Source: Acidobacteriota bacterium | GTDB lineage: Bacteria > Acidobacteriota > UBA6911 > JACQSX01 | Length of the DNA: 64,000 bases | Direction of reading: 5' to 3' | Assembly: GCA_036507075.1 (NCBI GenBank) | Contig: DASXQR010000192.1 | Span: forward strand, 43,901-107,900 | Shown here: positions 59,799 through 64,000 of the stretch, in pieces | How positions within the stretch are numbered: position 1 is the first letter of the stretch | How the letters are laid out: every line of letters begins with the position of its first letter | Notes under the pieces: generated by a model | The model's database searches: none | Told to the model about the DNA's origin: nothing | What the model saw: only the letters and a program-made list of their open reading frames with translations | Position numbers and translations under genes: made by a program

Positions 59799-60020
59799 TT
59801 GTCCGTTGTCAGTGGTCCGTTGTCAGTTGAGCCGAGGAAAGTCGAAGGTCGAAGGTCGAAAGTCAAAACAAAGAATCGAGCAGCGATCATCGAACCTAGA
59901 CCTTCGACTTTCGACTTTCGACCTTTGACTTTCGACCTTTGACTTTCGACTTTCCCCGGCTCAACTGACAACGGACCACTGACAACTGACCACTGACTAC
60001 TGAAAACTGACTACTGACAA
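59799..60020. repeat. Nested heptamer element (outer CTGACAA/GGACCAC arms, inner TCGAAAG arms)
   Basis: gtccgttgtcagtggtccgttgtcagttgagccgaggaaagtcgaaggtcgaa...ttcgactttccccggctcaactgacaacggaccactgacaa. Confidence 0.85.
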
Positions 60021-60023
60021 TCC

Positions 60024-61382
60024 TCAAAGCCCATATCTCTGCAAACGCCGATACAATGCGCTTCTGCTCAGTCCCAGCGCATGAGCTGCCTGGCTCACAT
60101 TTCCGCCGTAGCGGTCCAGAGCTTTCTTAATCAGAAAGCTCTCCACATCTTCCAAACTCATGTCTTCCAGCCGAGACGATCCTTCGCGCCCGGCGCGCAG
60201 GCCCAAATCGATCACCCTGATTTTTTCTCCCTGGGTCATGAGCACCGAGCGCTCCACGGCGTGGTCCAGTTCCCGGACGTTTCCCGGCCACGGATGAGTG
60301 ATCATCGCCTGCGCCGCTGCCGTTTCAAAGCCACTGACGTTCTTTCGATAACGGTCTGCATGCTGGCGAAGAAAAAAACCAGCCAGCGCCATGATGTCTT
60401 CCGCCCGCTCACGCAGGGGCGGCAAATGGATTTCTATTGTGTTCAAACGAAACAGCAGGTCCTGGCGGAATCGTCCCGATGCGACCTCTTCGTTCAAGTT
60501 GGCGTTGGTGGCCGAAATGATGCGAACATCCACCTGATGGGTTTTCGAAGAGCCGACCCGTTCCAGCTCCCCTGTCTCGATGGCACGCAGCAGTTTCGCC
60601 TGCTGGCTGAGAGGAACATTGGCGATCTCGTCGAGAAACAGGGTTCCCCCGTCCGCCAGCTCAAAGCGTCCCACGCGGTCGGATTTTGCGTCGGTAAACG
60701 CGCCCTTGACGTGTCCAAACAACTCACTTTCAAAAACTCCCTCGGACAAGCCGCCCGAGTTAAGCGTGACCATCGGTTTGGGAGCGCGTCCGGAAACTGC
60801 GTGAATCATCTGCGCCACCAAACCCTTGCCTGTACCATGCTCGCCGGTAATCAACACGTGGGCATCCGATGGGCCTACGCGCGCGATCATCTCCAGCACC
60901 GGACGCATCGCGGCTGACTCGGCGATCATCTTTGGCCGCGCGCCGTCGCGCAAAGCTCGATTCTCAGCTTCCAGGCGCTGGCCCTTGCGCAGCGCACGCC
61001 CCAGTTCAACCTGAGTGCGGACAATGCTCAACAACCGATCGTTGTCCCAGGGTTTTTGAATGAAATCCCGGGCGCCCCGGCGCATCGTCTCAACCGCAAC
61101 TTCGACAGTTCCCCACGCCGTCATCACAACCACCGGGACGGTATTGTCGATATTCTGAATCCGCGTCAACAACTCCAACCCTTCCTGGCCCGAAGTAGTG
61201 TCTCTGGCGTAATTCAGGTCAATCAGGACAACGTCAAAGTCAGAAGCTTCCAACGATTTCAGAACGGCGGGGGGAGAGGTAACCGTGTGAATGGAGTAGC
61301 CTTCGGTTTTCAGCAGCAGTCGCAGCGCTTCCAACACATCGTGCTGGTCGTCGGCAATCAGGATCCGCGGCGGGTTTTTCAT
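60024..61382 (-). CDS. sigma54-dependent response regulator (NtrC family)
   Basis: Receiver domain, GEHGTGK, ESELFGHVKGAFTDA, WPGNVREL, C-terminal HTH. Confidence 0.95.
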   Translation of the reverse strand: MKNPPRILIADDQHDVLEALRLLLKTEGYSIHTVTSPPAVLKSLEASDFDVVLIDLNYARDTTSGQEGLELLTRIQNIDNTVPVVVMTAWGTVEVAVETMRRGARDFIQKPWDNDRLLSIVRTQVELGRALRKGQRLEAENRALRDGARPKMIAESAAMRPVLEMIARVGPSDAHVLITGEHGTGKGLVAQMIHAVSGRAPKPMVTLNSGGLSEGVFESELFGHVKGAFTDAKSDRVGRFELADGGTLFLDEIANVPLSQQAKLLRAIETGELERVGSSKTHQVDVRIISATNANLNEEVASGRFRQDLLFRLNTIEIHLPPLRERAEDIMALAGFFLRQHADRYRKNVSGFETAAAQAMITHPWPGNVRELDHAVERSVLMTQGEKIRVIDLGLRAGREGSSRLEDMSLEDVESFLIKKALDRYGGNVSQAAHALGLSRSALYRRLQRYGL

Positions 61383-61511
61383 GCAAATATCGGAATTGTA
61401 GCACCTGGGGCTTAATCCACCACACAGGCAAAGCCAGGTAGAAGTGCGACCGACAAAGGCCGTTCACGAACACGACGCATGTCTACAATGGCGGTGGTTT
61501 ATCAAGCTAAG

Positions 61512-61645
61512 AAAAAACCGTCTACGTCCACGACAACGACCACGGGGACGCTCACGAATAACGTTGTTTGTCGGAAGTTTTTCATCTTTCGTCAACGTAG
61601 ACGTGGTCGTTGTCGTGGACGTGCACGTGGACGTAGGCGGTTTTC
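61512..61645. repeat. Hexamer-type inverted repeat element
   Basis: aaaaccgtctacgtccacgacaacgaccacg...cgtggtcgttgtcgtggacgtgcacgtggacgtaggcggtttt. Confidence 0.8.
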
Positions 61646-61675
61646 AGAGCGATTCGCAATCCGCTTTCAGCTCCT

Positions 61676-62386
61676 TCAAACCTGCGCTTGTGCGCCTCCC
61701 TTGCCAACTTCTTCATGTCGCTCAGGATTGGCGATCCATCCATCCATCAGGTTGATCAGCCGATTTCCGTACGAGGCGTTTTTCTCCGAGTGGGTCACCT
61801 GGATAATCGTGGTGCCTTCGTGGTTGAGTCTCCCGAACAGTTCCATGATTTCCTCTCCCTGAGCGGAATGGAGATTGCCCGTCGGCTCGTCGGCCAGGAT
61901 CAGCTTGGGTCGTGTAATCAGAGCACGCGCCACCGCCACAAGTTGCTGCTGGCCTCCGGAGAGCTGATTGGGAAACAAATCTTTCTTTCCCACTATCTGG
62001 AAGCGATCCAGCATGTCGCAAACACGACTCTGGCGCTCCGCTCTCTTAATATTTTGATAGGAAAGCGGGGTTTCAAGGTTCTCATAGACTGTCAGGCTGT
62101 CGAGCAGGTGATAGCTCTGGAAAACAAATCCGATGTAGTGTTTGTGAAGTTCACCGCGGTCTTTTCTTCCAAGTTTGTGCACCGGTTCGTCGAGGAAATA
62201 ATATTCGCCAGTCCAGGCGGCATCAAGCATACCGACAATGCTGAGCAAGGTGCTCTTGCCGGATCCAGACGGGCCCATAATGGTAAGAAAATCGCCTTGT
62301 TTGACATCGATGGTGATGCGACGCAATACGAAGGTCTTAACGCTGCCCGTCTGGTAAAACTTCTCAAGATTTTTCAGTTTGATCAT
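61676..62386 (-). CDS. ABC transporter ATP-binding protein (LolD/MacB type)
   Basis: [28 protein letters not shown]. Confidence 0.95.
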   Translation of the reverse strand: MIKLKNLEKFYQTGSVKTFVLRRITIDVKQGDFLTIMGPSGSGKSTLLSIVGMLDAAWTGEYYFLDEPVHKLGRKDRGELHKHYIGFVFQSYHLLDSLTVYENLETPLSYQNIKRAERQSRVCDMLDRFQIVGKKDLFPNQLSGGQQQLVAVARALITRPKLILADEPTGNLHSAQGEEIMELFGRLNHEGTTIIQVTHSEKNASYGNRLINLMDGWIANPERHEEVGKGGAQAQV

Positions 62387-62427
62387 CTTTTCCTCTGCGC
62401 ATTAAGTCTAGGGTCGTAGACTCCGCG

Positions 62428-62506
62428 TTCTTTGTGGTGAATCAAAATTAACCACAAAGGCACGAAGAACACAAAGTCTTCGTGCCCTTCGTGTCTTTGT
62501 GGCGAA
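62428..62506. repeat. CACCACAAAGGCAC family hairpin cluster
   Basis: ttctttgtggtgaa..aaccacaaaggcacgaagaacacaaagtcttcgtgcccttcgtgtctttgtggcgaa. Confidence 0.75.
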
Positions 62507-62509
62507 GTA

Positions 62510-62985
62510 TCAATTCACCGCCAGGATCACGACCGTGGCGTCATCGTCGAGACTGCCTGTGCTGAAGTCAGCGGCGGCCTCAATAATCCGGTGTGGCAAC
62601 GCCGCAACCTTCTGCGAGCGCATTCCAAGCGCGAGCTGCGTCAATCGATCTTCGCCGAATTCTTCGCCCGCAGCATTCCGGCTCTCTGTGATCCCGTCGG
62701 TGAAAAGAAACACACGATCGCCCGGCGAAAGCTGAATTTCGTCCTCTTCATATGGCCATTTCGGAAAAACTCCCAAAGCGGCGCCCCACGGCGCAGGCGC
62801 GCGTGAGTACCGTTTTCCCGGACCACCACGGGAGCATTGTGTCCCGCATTGGTATAGATCAATCGTCCCGTGTTGCCATCCAAAAGGCCGTAGAAGAAGG
62901 TTATGAATCGTCCGCTGCCATCGCCCACGTTGCCGTGAATCACGCGGTTGACTCTCTCGCACAGATGGCTCGGGATGGAGCTCCC
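62510..62985 (-). pseudogene. SpoIIE/PP2C phosphatase C-terminal fragment, frameshifted
   Basis: FITFFYG..YTNAGHNAP in one frame and ALGVF..FTDGITESRN..EEFG..DDAT in another; shift in the G-run near 62784-62787; N-terminus missing. Confidence 0.8.
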
Positions 62986-63770
62986 GCTGCGAATCAGCAG
63001 GCCGGACCCAACCAGCAGCACCAGAGCCAGCCCGATCTGGCCTGCCACCAGCAGGTTGCGCAGCGGATGCCTCGTGCAGCCTGTTGAATGCTGACCTGGG
63101 GACGGAGACGCGCGATCACATTCAGGAAGCGCACGGCGCGCCCGCGGTTCACAATCGGATTGTGCGCCAGCGGCACCCAGAGATCCGCTTCTTCCATGAA
63201 CTGAAAGCCTGCCGGCATGACTCCCACGATTCTAAAAACGTCGCCGTTCAGCGCGATCGGCCTTCCGAGAATGTTTCGATCAAGCCCAAACTGGCTTTCC
63301 CACAACGCATGGCTCAGCATCGCTACCCGTTCAGCGCCCGCCCGGTCATCGGAAGGCTGGAAGTCTCTTCCCAATTGCGGTCTTACTCCCAGGAGCGAAA
63401 ACAGTTCGCCCGAAGCGAACATCACTCCCACCTGCCGGGGATCCTTCGTCCCGGAAAGATTGGACGTCCACGGGATGGAAGCGGCAGCCATCGATTCGAA
63501 GCTTCGGGCTCTCTGCTTGAAATCCGCAAAGTCCTGAGGCGACGTCTGTTGCTCTATGGCACTCTCCGCCAGTCCCGTTCCCCACATCAGTATCAGCCGA
63601 CCGGGATCGGCGTAAGGAAGCGACCGCAGCAGCAGAGCTTCAACAACGCTGAAAATCGCCGTCGTCGACCCGATGCCCAGCGCCAGCGTCAAAATCGTGA
63701 CCGCCGCAAAGCCCGGGCTCTTGAGCAGCATGCGCAGTCCGTAACGAATGTCTTGGCGAATTGTGTCCAT
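62986..63770 (-). pseudogene. ADOP/MacB-type ABC permease, internally deleted and truncated
   Basis: QDIRYGLRMLLKSPGF..TLALGIG; breaks after RLRPQVSIQQA and resumes out of frame at LRNLLVAGQIGLALVLLVGSGLLIRS. Confidence 0.85.
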
Positions 63771-63861
63771 AATGGTTGTCCGTTGTCAGTGGTCCGTTGT
63801 TTCCAGGTTCCCAGGTTTTCTAATTTTCATTTTTGAATGCACAATCCGCGAACGTTTCGAC

Positions 63862-64000
63862 TGTGAACACCTCAGGACATCGTTGACACTTTGACCTCAC
63901 AACATCGTTGACACTTTTTTTGGTTTTTAACAACAAAGAAATGAAGACCGTACCAGTAGTAGGGCCTGTGGGAAAGTGGGAAGGCGCGTTTTTTGCGGCT
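63862..64000. mobile_element. Probable terminus of an IS481-family element or derived MITE (continues beyond the window)
   Basis: Starts TGT; 16-bp ACATCGTTGACACTTT repeated at 63877 and 63902; followed by a ctgtgggaaagtgggaag motif; no transposase in the window. Confidence 0.5.

Noticed and set aside
17246..59971. N-terminal extensions in the ORF track (19150, 23106, 24065, 24193, 25805, 32876, 42608, 59971)
   Set aside because: The extensions run through repeats or upstream genes; downstream starts have RBSs or give proper signal peptides or family N-termini.

Overview
This is a gene-dense, GC-rich bacterial chromosomal window. An Acidobacteriota-like origin is inferred from the gene content (GWxTD protein, ADOP/MacB permease, carboxypeptidase-domain TonB receptor, DUF1501/PSD1 pair). 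The core block is ffh-rpsP-khpA-rimM-trmD-rplS plus selB and tatA. Accessory modules are an SPFH + ribbon-helix-helix operon, a GT2/radical-SAM/methyltransferase/GT-C glycan cluster, a porin-TolC-RND-MFP operon, KdoO, an MntR-controlled two-domain multicopper oxidase-ZIP-cupredoxin operon, a sigma54 two-component pair, three pseudogene fragments and a probable IS481-type end at the right edge. Three things stand out. (1) An orphan PafA/Dop (Pup-ligase)-fold enzyme sits next to a signal-less beta-lactamase-fold protein and a variant M15 peptidase, with no Pup or proteasome gene in view. (2) More than 25 intergenic hairpin elements are built from 6-, 7-, 8- and 9-nt tandem units. They are often nested, cluster locally by subtype, and in places appear recruited into coding sequence (a signal peptide, an in-frame loop). 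(3) Two operators can be read directly from the sequence. No rRNA, tRNA or CRISPR array was recognised. All family calls come from motif recognition by eye, not from database searches.
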